From assembly GCF_009914755.1 (NCBI RefSeq), contig NC_060948.1: a DNA stretch of 64,000 bases; one strand, written 5' to 3'. The position numbers and the translations under genes are program-made. This document shows positions 41,683-64,000 of the stretch, piece by piece (positions within the stretch are counted from its first letter, which is position 1; each line of letters opens with the position of its first letter). This DNA comes from the human T2T-CHM13v2.0 reference genome, Homo sapiens. Below the pieces are notes generated by a model. That model saw nothing but the letters and a program-made list of their open reading frames with translations, was not told the origin of the DNA and searched no databases.

Positions 41683-42669
41683 CAGAGTGTTGTCAGCCAG
41701 ATGGTGGAATGGGAAGCTCCAAACCTTGATTCTCCATAAAGATACCAACTGAAAAACAATATATGGTCTAAAAGCCTTTATGGAGCTACATAAACCATTA
41801 AGAAGTTGTAGTAGCACAGACAAGTGCTAAGCCAAGAATAGTGGCATTGAACAAATAAGAAAAGCTGTTGCATTATACTCATGATACCCCTTCCCCAAGC
41901 TCGAGCAGGTTGGTTTGGCTGGGAAGCACTCAACTTGCAGCTTCTCCGTTAGCAGGGAAAGAGAAGACTGGAACGGAATAGTTTTATGAGGTTACCTGAA
42001 ACTCTCTCTCTCTCTCTAACTTGACGCCCAACGGGCATAATTTGGATGCATGGGAGCCACTGGGAATAAAGGAGAAGTCAGAGATGATGCAGCACCAGGG
42101 AACCTGCAGTACCACAGACAGATACCAAAGGGAGCAACAGCTCTAGAAAAAGAAACTGGCAAACCTCTACTTGGGATGTTACAATGTATAAACCCAAAGA
42201 AGATGCATTCTCAGAAAAAGTTTGAGAGGCTGCTGGAACCTATAGCCATGCTGATTCAGGTATGAAGGTCTTCCGTGTGAAGCCAGCTGATAAAAACTGG
42301 GAGAAGTGGCAGTTTTTTCAAACGCCCAAATCTTGGCAAAAATAAATAAAAAGTAAAAAATAACAAGACATAAGAAGAAACAGAGAAATCTGATGACTAA
42401 ATTAAAGGAGCAAAATAAATCTCCAGAAACCAACCCTACAGAAATAGGTAAATGAGTTACCTGACAAAGAATCCAAATTAACTATCTTAATGAAGCCCAG
42501 TGACAACAGAAATAAACAACTAAGTGAAAGCAGGAAATAATTCATGAACAAAATGAAAATATTAACAGATATAGAAACTGAAAAAAAAAGGAACCATACA
42601 GAAACTCTGGAGCTAAGGAATACAATAGCTTAATTGAAAAAATCACTATCAGAAATCACCATTAGACTG

Positions 42670-43398
42670 TGTAACTGCCCAATGGGTTCACCTCGTGCAC
42701 TGCTTAGACAGAGCTGATTTATCAAGACAGGGGAATTGCAGTGGAGAAAGACTAATTCAGGCAGAGCCGGCTGTGCGGGAGATCAGAGTTTTATTATTCC
42801 TCAAATCAGTCTCCCTGAGCATTCGGGGATCAGAACTTTTAAAGATAATTTGGCAGGTCGGGGCTTGGGAAGTGGGGACTGCTTATTCATCAGGTTGGAG
42901 ATGAAATCATACGGGGTTGAAGTGATGTTTTCTTGCTGTCTTCTGTTTGTGGGTGGGGTGGCAGAACTAGTTGAGCCATATTACCAGTCTAGGTGGTGCC
43001 AGCTGATTCATCCAGTGCAGGGTCTGCAAAATATCTCAAGCACTGATTTTAGGTTTTACAATAGTGATTTTATCCCCAGGAGCAATTTGGAGAGGATCAG
43101 ACTCAGAGCCAGAGGCTGCATAATCCCTCAACTGTAATTTATAATGTTATAGCTAATTTGTTTATCCTGCAAAGGCAGACTGGTTCCAGGCAAGAAGGGT
43201 ATCTTTTTGGGAAATGACTATTATCAACTTTGTTTCAGAGTCAAACCATGAACTGAATACCTTCCCAAAATTAGTTCATACTACTGCCAGGAATGAACAA
43301 GGACAGTTTAAATGCTAGAGGCAAGATGGAGTTGATTAAGTCTGATGTCTTTTGCTGTCATAATTTCTTCAGTTACAATTTTTGCAAAGGCAGTTTCA
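42670..43398 (-). mobile_element. Solo ERV1 LTR, LTR8-like
   Basis: Minus strand starts tgaaactgcctttgcaaaaatt and ends ...cccattgggcagttaca; AATAAA on minus near 42790. Confidence 0.8.
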
Positions 43399-44155
43399 AT
43401 AACATCAAGCAGAAGAAAGAATCAGTGAAATGGAAGACTAGTCATTTGAAATTATGGAGTCAGAGGAGCAAAAGGGAAAAGGAGTGAAGAGTGAGGACAG
43501 CCTAAGAGACTTACAGGATGCCATCAAGCAGACCAGTGTATGCATTATGAAAGTACCAGAAGGAGAAGAGAAAAATAAAGGGGCAGAGAGCCAGTTAAAA
43601 AAATAATGATCAAAAACTTCTCAAACTTAAGGAAGGAAGTGGACATACAAATCCAAAAGGCTCAAAGAACTCCAAGTTGGCTAATTTGCAAAAGACCTAC
43701 AATGAGACACATTACAATCAAACTGTCAAAAGTCAAAGACAAAGAGAGAATTTTGAAAGGAACAGGATCAAAGCAACTTGTCACATACAAGGGAGATGCC
43801 ATATGGTTATCAATGGAATTCTCAGCAAAAACTCTACAGGCCAGAAGAGAATGGGATGATATATTAAAAGGGCTGAAAGAAAAAAAAAAACTATCAACCA
43901 AGAACTGTATAGCCAGTAAAACTCTACTTCAAAAATGAAGGACAAACAAAGATTTCCCCAGAGAAGTAAAAGGTGAGGGAGTTGATCACCACTAGACCTA
44001 CCTTACAAAAAATGTTAAAGAGAGTCCTCCAAGTGGAAGTGAAAAGGTATTGGATAGAAATACAAAAGAAAACAAAATATAAACTTCTTTGCTAAAGGTA
44101 AATACATGAGTGAACATAGAATCCTTTAATACTCTAATGGTGGTAAGCAAAACAC

Positions 44156-44447
44156 TTTTTTTCCTTTACTTTTTTTTGAGACAAAGTCTTGCTCTGTTGC
44201 CCAGACTGGAGTGCAGTGGTTTGATCATGGCTCACTGCAGCCTTGCAGTCCTGGGCTAAAGCAATCCTCCCACCTCAGCCTCCTGAGTGGCTGGGACTAC
44301 AGACATGCACCACTACACTCAGATAATATTTTTAAATTTTTAGAAGAGATAAGGCCTTGCTGGTCTCAAACTCCTAGGCTCAAGTGATCCTCCCATTTTG
44401 GCCTCTCAAAGTGCTGGGACTACAGGTGTGAGACACCACACCCAGCC
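44156..44447 (-). mobile_element. AluJ
   Basis: Reverse dimer with J-type bases. Confidence 0.9.
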
Positions 44448-45598
44448 TGTAATTCACTTTTAATTGAAGCATAGAATTTAAAAGGTAAAAGCATAATATT
44501 ACTGTATTAAATTATGTGAATAAACAATATAAAATATATAGTGTGACATTGATAACAAAGTGAGAAGGAGGTGTAAAGAAGTAGAGTTTTTGTATGTGAT
44601 TAAAGTTAAGTTGTTGTCAATTTAAAATAGATTATTATAATTATAAGATGTTTTTATGTAATTCTACAGTAACCACAAAGAAAAGACCTACATAAGATAC
44701 ACAAATAAAAATGAGAAAGGAACGAAAGCACGTCCCTACCAAAAAAAAGAAATCAGTGAAACAAAGGGAGGCAGAAAGAGAGGCAAAGAGGAAAATAATA
44801 CCTTTAAGACATGTATAAAACAATGAACAAAATGACAATAGTAAGCCCCTCCCTATCAGTAACTAATTTAAATGCAAATAGGCTAATTTTCCAATCAAAA
44901 GACAGAGAATTTGCCGAATGGATTAAAAAATGTAAATATATACTATATGCAAGAGACTTATGTTAGATCTAAACATACACAAAGGTTGAAAGTGGAAGGA
45001 TGGAAAAAGATATTCAATGCATTTGTTAACCAAAAGAGAATAAGGATGGCCATACTTAGACAAAATAGAGTTAAGTCAAATAATAGCACAAGAGACAAGG
45101 ATATTACATAATAATAAAAGGGCCAATTGACCAAGAAGATATAACAATTATAAATGTATATGCAACTAACAGTACAGCATCTAAATATATGAAGCTAACA
45201 TAGACAGAATTGAGGGGTAACATAGCTAACAACATCATAATAACAGAAAACTTCAATATTCCACTTTCAATTATGGATCCAATAACCAGACAGAAGATCA
45301 ACTGGAAAACACAGAACTTGAACAACATTGTAGACCAATTGGACCTGTCTGACATATACAGAACACTTCACCCAATAATAGCAAAATATGCTTTCTTCTC
45401 AAGTACATACCAAGACTTTTCCTGGATAGACGGCATGCTAGTCCACAAACAAGTTTTTAAAAGTTTAAGAGAACTGAACTCATACCAAGTATCTTTTCTG
45501 ACCACATTAAATGAAATTACAAATTCATAGCAGAAGGAAAAAGGAAAAGTAATAAATATGTGGAAATTACAAAAATATACTCTCTTAACCAATTGGCC

Positions 45599-46282
45599 TG
45601 TGTGGTTAATATTAATTGTCAATTTGATTGAGGGATGCTTAGATGCCTGATGAAGCACTGTGTGTGGTTATATCTGTGAGGGTGCTGCCACAGGGGAATG
45701 ATGGATGAGTTAGTGGACTGAGAGAGAAAAACCCATCCTCACTGTGGGTAGGCATCATGCAATTGTTTGCAATTGTGACTAGAACAAAAAGGCAGAAGAA
45801 AGGGAACATTCAGCTTGCTTTGATTTCTTTTTTATGCACTGTCTCTCTCTTCCAGAGCAGTATGCCTTTTTCTCCTCTTGCACTTGCACATCAAACTCCA
45901 GGTTCTTTGGCCTTTGGACCCTGGGACTTGCATCAGCAGCCTTTTGGGAGCTCTCAGGCCTTGGGCCTCAGACTAGTGGCTTCACTGTCTGCTTCCCTTG
46001 TTTTGAGACTTTCAGATTTGGACTGAGCCATATCACTGGCTTCCTTGGGAGCCATGCTGTAGGCTTCTCTCATTTCCCACTTATAGATGGCCTATTGTGG
46101 GACTTTGTCTTTGTAATTATGTGAGCCAATTCTCCTTAATATATTATATTTCATATATATGTAAATATATTCTCTTATAGATGCATGTATATGTATCTAT
46201 ATCTATATCTATATATCTATATCTATATCTATGTCTATATTTCCTATTGGATCTGACCCTCTGGAGAACTCTGATTAATACA
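45599..46282 (+). mobile_element. ERVL solo LTR, MLT2B-like, with internal (TATATC)n
   Basis: tgtgtggttaatatt..tgtcaatttgatt ... ccctctggagaactctgattaataca; decayed 5-bp flanks tggcc/tagtc. Confidence 0.8.
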
Positions 46283-46535
46283 TAGTCAAAGAATAAATCA
46301 CAAGGAAAATTAGAAAATGTCTTGAGACAAATAAAAATGGAAACACAACATTCCAAAGCTTGTGGGATGCAGCAAAATGAATATGAAGAGGACAGTTTAT
46401 ATATCTAACTACCTACCTTAAAAAAGAAGAAAGATCTAAAATCAGCAACTTAGCTTTACACCTCAAGAAACTGGAAAAAGAAGAACTCAACCCAATGTTA
46501 GCAAAAAGAAGGAAATGATAAAGTCTAGAGCAGAA

Positions 46536-46834
46536 GGCCAGGTGCAGTGGCTCACAACAGTAATCCCAGCAATTTGGGAGGCCGAGGCAGGTGGATCACC
46601 TGAGGTGGGGAGTTCGAGACCAGCCTCAGCAACAAGGAGAAACCTGTCTCTAATAAAAAATACAAAATTAGTCGGGCAAGGTGATGCATGCCTGTAATCC
46701 CAGCTACTCTGGAGGCTGAGACAGGAGAGTCACTTGAACTGGGAGGCGGGGTTTGCAGCGAGCGGAGATCACAACATTGCACTACAGCCTGGGCAATAAG
46801 AGCAAAACTGCATTCCACCCCCCCCCAAAAAAAA
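46536..46834 (+). mobile_element. AluS
   Basis: Full dimer inserted in the old L1 ORF2. Confidence 0.9.
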
Positions 46835-47258
46835 GGCTAGAGAATAGAAAAAAACCAATGAAACTAGTAGTTGTTTCAAAGTTCAACAAAATTAACAAAT
46901 CATTAGCTAGAATATTTAAGAAAAAAAATAAAGAAGACTCAACTTCTTTTAGGAACAAAAGAGAAGACACTGCAACAGATATTACAGAAATAAAAAGGAT
47001 TCTAAGAGTCTACTATGAATGATTATATACTGACAAGTTGGATAACCTAAGAGAAATGAACAGATTCCTAGTAACATGCAAGTTACCAAGACTAAGTCAC
47101 AAAATAAAAAATCTTAATAAACCTATAACTAGTAACTGAATCAGGAATCAAAAACCTCCCAGCAAACCAAATACCTGATACGGGGTTAATATCTAAAATA
47201 TATACAGAATAACAACTCAATAACAAAACAACCTAAATGAGAAATGGTCAGTTGACTT

Positions 47259-47590
47259 TGCTATGGTCCAAATGTTCTCCCAATATTCATATGCTAGAGC
47301 CTAAGAGGTGGGGCATTTTGGAGATGATTAGTTCATGAAGTCATCGTCCTCAGAAATGGGACTAGGGCCTTTATAAAAGAGGCTTAAGGGAGTTTGTTTT
47401 CCCTTTTGAACATGTGAGGACACAGAGAAGGTGCTATGTATAGTGAATATAGTGACCTCACCAGTCACTGAGTCTGTTGTAGCCTAAATCTTGGACTTCT
47501 CACACTCCAGAATGCAAGAAATAAATTTCTGCTGTTTATAAATTACCAGCCTAAGGTATTTTGTTATAGCAGCAGGAATGGACTAAGATA
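47259..47590 (+). mobile_element. MaLR solo LTR, MLT1A-like
   Basis: tgctatggt...ggtattttgttatagcagcaggaatggactaagata with perfect 5-bp TSD GACTT (47254-47258, 47591-47595). Confidence 0.85.
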
Positions 47591-47647
47591 GACTTGAATA
47601 GACATTTTTTCCAAAAAAAATACAAATGACCAACTAGCATATCAACC

Positions 47648-54673
<7,026 letters not shown>

Positions 54674-55244
54674 GGTATTAGTCATGGTTCTCTAGAGGGA
54701 TAGAACTAATAGGATATATATATATATATATATGAAAAGGAGTTTATTAAGGAGAATTGAATCACACCATCACAAAGTGAAGTCCTACAACAGGCCGTCT
54801 GCAAGTTGAGGAGCAAGGAATCTAGTATTGGCTCGAGTCCGAGTCCCAACACCTCAGAAGTAGGGAAACCGACAGGCCAGCTTTGAGTCTCTGGATGAAG
54901 GCCTGAGAGCCCCTGGAAAACAACTGGAGTAAGTCCAAGAGTCCAAAAGCCAAAGAACCTGGAATCTGATATTTGAGTGCAGGAAGCATCCAGCATGGGA
55001 GAAAGATGAGGGCCAGAAGGCTCAGCAAGTCAGCTTCTCCTAACCTTCTTCTGCCTGCTTTATTCTAGCCATGCTGGCAGCTGATTGTATGGTGCCCACC
55101 CACATTGAGGGTGGATCTGCCTTTCCCAGTCCACTAAATAAATGTTAATCTCCTTTGGCAACACCCTCACAGACACAACCGGGAAAAATACTTTGGATCC
55201 TTCAATCCAATCAAATTGACAATTACTTAATATTAACCTTCACA
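54674..55244 (-). mobile_element. ERVL LTR, MLT2A-like
   Basis: Minus strand begins tgtgaaggttaatattaag...gtcaatttgattggattgaagga and ends ...ccctctagagaaccatgactaatacc, with the internal (TA)n typical of MLT2A. Confidence 0.85.
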
Positions 55245-55334
55245 ATGTAATATTCATCCCATTTGTAATTTTTCTTTAATATACAAGCTCCTTGAGAACA
55301 TGCACCATTTGATCTTGTCTCTCTGTTGTGTTGG

Positions 55335-55530
55335 GAGGCAGTGGAGAAGAGAAGAGTTAAATGTGTGGGTGTGGAGTGAGACTGCCAGATTTGCATCTTG
55401 GCTCCCCTACTTATTGGATCTCTGTCCTTGAGAAAATTACTTAACATCTTTCTCAGTTTCCTTACCTGTAAATGAGTGGTGACATATATGGAACTTAGAA
55501 CAAGAGCCAAGCAAGTATTCAATAAAAGCT
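55335..55530 (+). mobile_element. MIR
   Basis: ccttgagaaaattacttaacatctttctcagtttccttacctgtaaatg core. Confidence 0.75.
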
Positions 55531-55532
55531 GA

Positions 55533-55891
<359 letters not shown>

Positions 55892-56499
55892 TGGAAATAT
55901 TTTTTTGAAACATGACTGATAACAATATTTTTTGAAAGAATGACAGATACCAATCATGAAGGAAAAGATTTTCACAATTGACAATAAAAAGCTTTAACTT
56001 CTGAATGGTAAAAAGAGTGAGAAAATTAAGAGCGAAATTACAAATTGAAAAAACTAAAGTATATAAAACAAAGGTTTTCATTCTCAATTTAATGCAGAAT
56101 CTTGACAAATCAAAAAGAATAAAAGGTGAACCCACCTAAAAGAAATAGGGAAAAAACTTTCAAGAAAAGCAATTTACAAAATGGCAATGACTAATAAACA
56201 TGGATATTTAACATCACTAATATTCAAAGTACTTCATTTATAGAGATCCCTCCTTCACCTATCAAATTAGCAAAGATGAAAAAGGCTAGTAATACCAAGT
56301 TTTGAAGAGAGGTGAGAGGAAATGACAAGTTTATGTACCCTGGTAGGACATGATATTGTGGCAATATGTTTCAGAACACTCATAAATGTATATACCTTTT
56401 AGATCAACAATTACACATTTAAGCTTAAGAAAATATGAAGATTAGCTACAAATATTTCTCTATGTGTTCAATTAAGTATTAATTTTTAATTAAAAAAAA

Positions 56500-56781
<282 letters not shown>

Positions 56782-57011
56782 TAATTTAAAAAAATATTTT
56801 TATAGCAGCACAACGAGTTATTGTTTTAATAGTAAATATTGGAGTTTACTTTAATTTTGAACAGGATAATTAATCATGATGCAGCACATTGAATACTCTT
56901 TCATTAAGCTAAACAACTATTAAAAATGATATACAAATACATTTACTGAAAAGAAACATGTTTGTGATATACAGTTAAGTGTAAAACAATTCAGGTTATA
57001 AGAACATATTA

Positions 57012-57347
<336 letters not shown>

Positions 57348-57364
57348 TTATAAGAATATTTGAC

Positions 57365-57447
57365 AGAGAGAGAGGGGTAAGGGAAGGGAAGGGGAGGAGA
57401 GGGGAAGGGAAGGGAAAGGAAGAAGGGAAGAAGGGAAGGGAAGGGAA
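57365..57447 (+). repeat. GA-rich polypurine (GGGAA)n tract
   Basis: agagagaggggtaagggaagggaagggg... Confidence 0.85.
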
Positions 57448-58216
57448 TATGGGTGGATTTATATCAAAAGGTTCAGAAGGAAATGATTCTTTTCTTCTGG
57501 ATGTGACTATTGCAGATTTTATTTTTAACTTTTCCTCTTTTTCTTATTTATTTATATTTTCTTATTTTAAGAGAAACTATAAAACTATATATATTACTTT
57601 TCAACTTAAAAATAGTTTAGCGCTTCAATAATACAGAAGTCTCAAACATTGCAGATAATTAAAGCATTACTAAATGTGGAAATGTTTAGTTTCACAATTT
57701 CTGTAGTGATATTCAAGACCAGATATCACCTTGGGAATCAGAACTGGTGCAGGATCTTGTCCTAACACTACCAAAAAGGCACATGGCTGTCCCAGCTCTG
57801 TATGTTTATGTTGTCTTATAATAGAGCAACCAGTTGTTTATTAGGATGGCCAAAAAGGTGCATTTCAAATAAATGCCTATTAAAATATTAGTAGTACAAA
57901 TAATACTGCTGCTTAATTTTTTCTAATGAGAACTGATAAAATTCAAAAGCAACATAAGCAGATAAATAGTAATAATATGGTTTATCAAATTAATTGTCAC
58001 ATGATTATTAAAGTGAGATCATGTGTGTTAAGTAGTGGTATCTTAAGCCACTGAAATATCTTCCTTGGTCTGGAATGAGCTTTCTATGGAGATTAAAAAG
58101 ATGTTAAATTGAACAGTCTTGGTTAATAAATGAAGAAGCAAAGCCAGAAACCCTGTTTAAAGAACTAATAAAAAAGGTCACGAATGATCTGGCGGTTGTT
58201 ATATTTTCTTGTTTAC

Positions 58217-58392
58217 CCGAGTAGAAGACTATGCTCAAGCATGTATTGAATCCAGTGATAGCCAGAAGGTCATCCATACTGCTAGCAGCCATTAGTAAGG
58301 TTGGAATGTCTTCCTCAACACCATATCCATTTTCTTGCAACACCATCGTGTAAAGGACAACAACAGCAGGAGAGACAGCACCTAGAACAAAA
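58217..58392 (-). pseudogene. SLC9B1P: SLC9B1-like exon (176 nt) carrying the AVSPAVVV and DD motifs
   Basis: ctttcag|T...TCGG|gtaaac; FVLGAVSPAVVVLYTMVLQENGYGVEEDIPTLLMAASSMDDLLAITGFNTCLSIVFYS. Confidence 0.93.
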
Positions 58393-59539
58393 CTGAAAGA
58401 AAGAATGAAAATTAATTTAAAAGCAGCTTTTTAACCAAGTAGTGTTTTATAAGTACAAGTAGTTTATAATAAATTTATAACAAACATTGTTTAGAAGAAT
58501 TTCAAATTTGAGTGAATGCAATTTAATGGTGATAAAACTTTTCATGTATTGTTTAGTGCTGGCTAAAATTTTATACAGACGTGGTTTCAAATGTTGGGCT
58601 GAGCACAGGTTACAGCCTCTCCCTCTATTCCTAAATCCTTTGAAGTGAAGATGTAAAGGTAATAGAAAAATCCATAACCTAACTAGAAAGCAAAAGGTGA
58701 ATCATCAATGGACAAGAAACTAAGTATATGCCAGAAAGATAAGAGACAGACAATTTAGGATTGAAAAAAGGAAACCATAAACCAAAATGTATGTAAATAA
58801 GATTGCCTCAAAAGATACATGTGCTTCTACAAGTGGTCCAAGCCCTGAAATGACACATTCTGGGAGCAGGAGAGACCGCTGGGGAAACCAAATAGTTGAT
58901 TATTTGGAGTGCCACTGTAAGAATGGTCAGACACATCTACCTTCCACACATTTCCTACCTCTTGAGTAAATAAGTAAGTAAGGAAGGAAGGAACAGAGTT
59001 GTCTGCCCAAAAAAACAAGTGTGGCCATCTAAGTTACAAAGGCAAATGAGAACATTTCTGGAGTGGTTGATGACACTCATGAGGAAGGGCGAGGTTCCTG
59101 CACAGAATACCTTCTATTGGCATATCTTATCCTGATTTTCACCTCATCTCTTCTACATTTACTTTATAAAGCGTAAAGTATATCCTGTGTAGAAATGCTT
59201 TTGGTGCTTCTGCCAGAATCCATTTACCAGGTCAATGAACACATCTCCCAGTGCTTCTTGTTGGCTGCTAATATCTGCAGGTTTCTAGAACCCTTGTCCT
59301 GCTGACAAGCACCTACCTGGGAATACGAGGGAGGTTGTGCACCCCTCTACTTTCCCTCCAGACAGCATCTGCCAATGACGGACTGATGTGAGATTTGCTT
59401 CTGGCTGTACAACTCTATGGCACAGTTTATGCTACAGATTTCCCTGTGGGCTGAAGAAGAGACTAGACTTATCTAAGACCACATACTGGTCTAGTTCAGT
59501 GGTTCCTCAACTCTGCTGTACATTGTAATCATCTGTTGT

Positions 59540-59820
59540 ATTATTTTTCTCATTTTGCTTAACAAGTCATCCCCAAACATAGCAGCTTAAAACAACAAAT
59601 ATTTATTGTCTTATGACTTCTGTGGGTCAGGAATCTGGGCATGGCTTAGTTGTATGTCTTGACTTAAGATTTACCATGAGGTAGGGTGGGGTGGAGAAGA
59701 TCTGCTTCCAAGTTTATTCATGTAACCATTGCAGGCTTCAGTTTTTTCCAATGGGGTTTTCTCCACAGGGCTGCCTCAGAACATGGCAGCTGGCTTCCCC
59801 AGGAATAAGTGATCAAAGAG
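59540..59820 (-). mobile_element. Old MLT1-type LTR fragment
   Basis: ccccaaacatagcagcttaaaacaacaaatatttatt...ttctgtgggtcaggaatctgggcatggcttag. Confidence 0.65.
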
Positions 59821-59934
59821 AATTTAATCCACAACATCAATTAAAAACAAAGTATCTAAGAACAAAACTGTGAAGACAGTCTATAATTTTATAAAAAATT
59901 GTGAATATAATATAATAATTAAGATAATACCTGA

Positions 59935-61800
<1,866 letters not shown>

Positions 61801-63091
61801 GTCCAGAACATTATTTTTAAAGATCTAGAATGATAACATAAAACTCATAAAGATGCTGCCACTCTGTCTTCAGCGGCACATGAGTGCACCCCACAACACC
61901 ATTGCCCTGGCTGGCACGTGCAAGTATGCAGAACACTCCCATTCCACTCCTGCCAGCACTGCACCCCTGCCAACACATGCATACCTGCTGTGTGCTGCTG
62001 CTCCTGGCACATATGTGTGAGTGAGGACCTTGCTACAATCACTACAATGAAGCACTTTGTCTGGCACACCCCATCAGAGTGTTGTTGCCAGTCGACTGGG
62101 AACACCTCAGTGCTTAACATTGAAGGGCCAGACAACAAATCTGTGGGTATGTTACCAGCGTTGCAAAATTAGAGCGTGCAGTTCAGGAGTGCTGGGCTGA
62201 GCCTTTGCCCCCTGAAATCTTCCAGAAATGAAGCCATTTGACTGAAACTACCTTGTGCCACAGTCAAATCCTCAAGGGCATTAAAGAATATAAAAAAGGA
62301 AAAAACTCCATCCAAAGGACAGTGATTCAAAACATTAAAGGAACCTTAGCCCACACAGATGTGAAAGAACCAGTGCAAGAACTCTGGCAATATAAAAAGC
62401 CAGAATGTCTTCCTGTCTTCAAGCAATCATACTAACTCTCCAACAATGGTTGTTAACCAGGATTAAATGACAGACATAGATTTCAGAATCTGGATAGAAA
62501 CAAAGATCATTGAGATTCAGAAGAAAGTCAAAATCCAATGCAAATGATCTAAGAAATCCAATAAGACGACATAAGAGCTGAAAGATGAAATAGGCATTTT
62601 AAGAAAGAACCAAACTAAACTGATAGAGCTGAAAAATGCACCTCAAGAATTTCATAATACAATAACAAATACTAACATCAGAACGGACCAAGCTGAGGAA
62701 AGAATCTCAGATCTCAAAGACCACTTCTTTGAATCAACTCAGTCAGATGAAAATAAAGAACAAAAAAGAATGAACAAAACCTCTGAGAAATCTGAGATTA
62801 TGTAAAGAGACCAAACATATGACTCAAGGCATCACTCAAAGAAAGGGAGAAAGAACAAGCAAGTTGGAAAACATATTTGAGGTTACTGCCCACAAAAATT
62901 TCCCAAATCTTGCTAGAGAAGTCACCATTTAAATCCAGGAAATGCAGAGAATCCTGTGAGATACTATACAAGATGACCATCCCCAAGACAGACAGTCATC
63001 AGATTCTCCAAGGTCAACATGAAATAAAAAAATAAGAAATGCAGCTAAAGTGAAGGGCAGGTCACATACAAAGGGAATCCCATCAGGCTAA

Positions 63092-63445
<354 letters not shown>

Positions 63446-63476
63446 TTCAGCATTCTTAAAAAAAAAAAAAAAACTT

Positions 63477-63813
<337 letters not shown>

Positions 63814-64000
63814 TCATATGTGAAGGAGAAGTAAGATCTTTTCCAGACAAACAAATGCTAACGGAATCTGTTACCACCAGACATGCCTTAAAAGAGGTCC
63901 TTAAGGGAGTGCTAAGCATGGAAGTGAAAGACTGTTAATGGCCACCACAAAAATACATTTAAGTACATAGACCATTGACATTGTAAAGTAACAACACAAT

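Larger units (their letters stand above)
41690..47645 (+). mobile_element. Old L1M element (5' region, ORF1, ORF2 endonuclease remnants) fragmented by nested insertions
   Basis: ORF1p-like NFSNLRKEVDIQIQKAQRTP (43606) and ORF2 EN-like ENFNIPLSIMD...DIYRTLHP (45210); sequence resumes after each nested LTR or Alu. Confidence 0.85.

Noticed and set aside
59190-59490. Possible old ERVL (LTR16-like) fragment
   Set aside because: Too diverged to assign without a profile search

Overview
This is primate (very likely human) pericentromeric DNA, not prokaryotic. Bases 1-23.8 kb are a ~68-bp beta-satellite (Sau3A/BSR) array, interrupted three times by a ~2.76-kb D4Z4-derived cassette. Each cassette carries a DUX4-like pseudogene, the 3' exon-2 region and a pLAM/exon-3-like tail, and all three share identical satellite junctions. 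A young AluYa-lineage element sits just before cassette 3. At ~23.78 kb the satellite joins unique-type DNA, which holds a full-length PABPC1 processed pseudogene (split by a solo ERV1 LTR) and six minus-strand exons of a duplicated SLC9B1/NHA1 gene. The introns contain Alu, MIR, L2, old L1, LTR8, MLT2, MLT1 and MaLR elements and a full-length L1PA5/6. From memory and unverified, the order DUX4L x3 - PABPC1P - SLC9B1P resembles the Yq11 pericentromeric cluster built on the 4q24 duplicon; paralogues exist on other chromosomes. I see no wholly new gene system. The best leads are: (1) the six SLC9B1-like exons still splice into an uninterrupted 297-codon frame that keeps the DD motif; (2) the three cassettes show a graded series at the position of the FSHD DUX4 polyadenylation signal (GTCACA, GTCCCA, ATCAAA); (3) the exon-3/pLAM tail is a decayed, ATG-deleted copy of the DUX4 5' leader; (4) a chimeric MLT2A-LTR/MaLR-internal element points toward the intact SLC9B1 exons. 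All family and reference comparisons are from recalled consensus sequences, and boundaries of old repeats are approximate.
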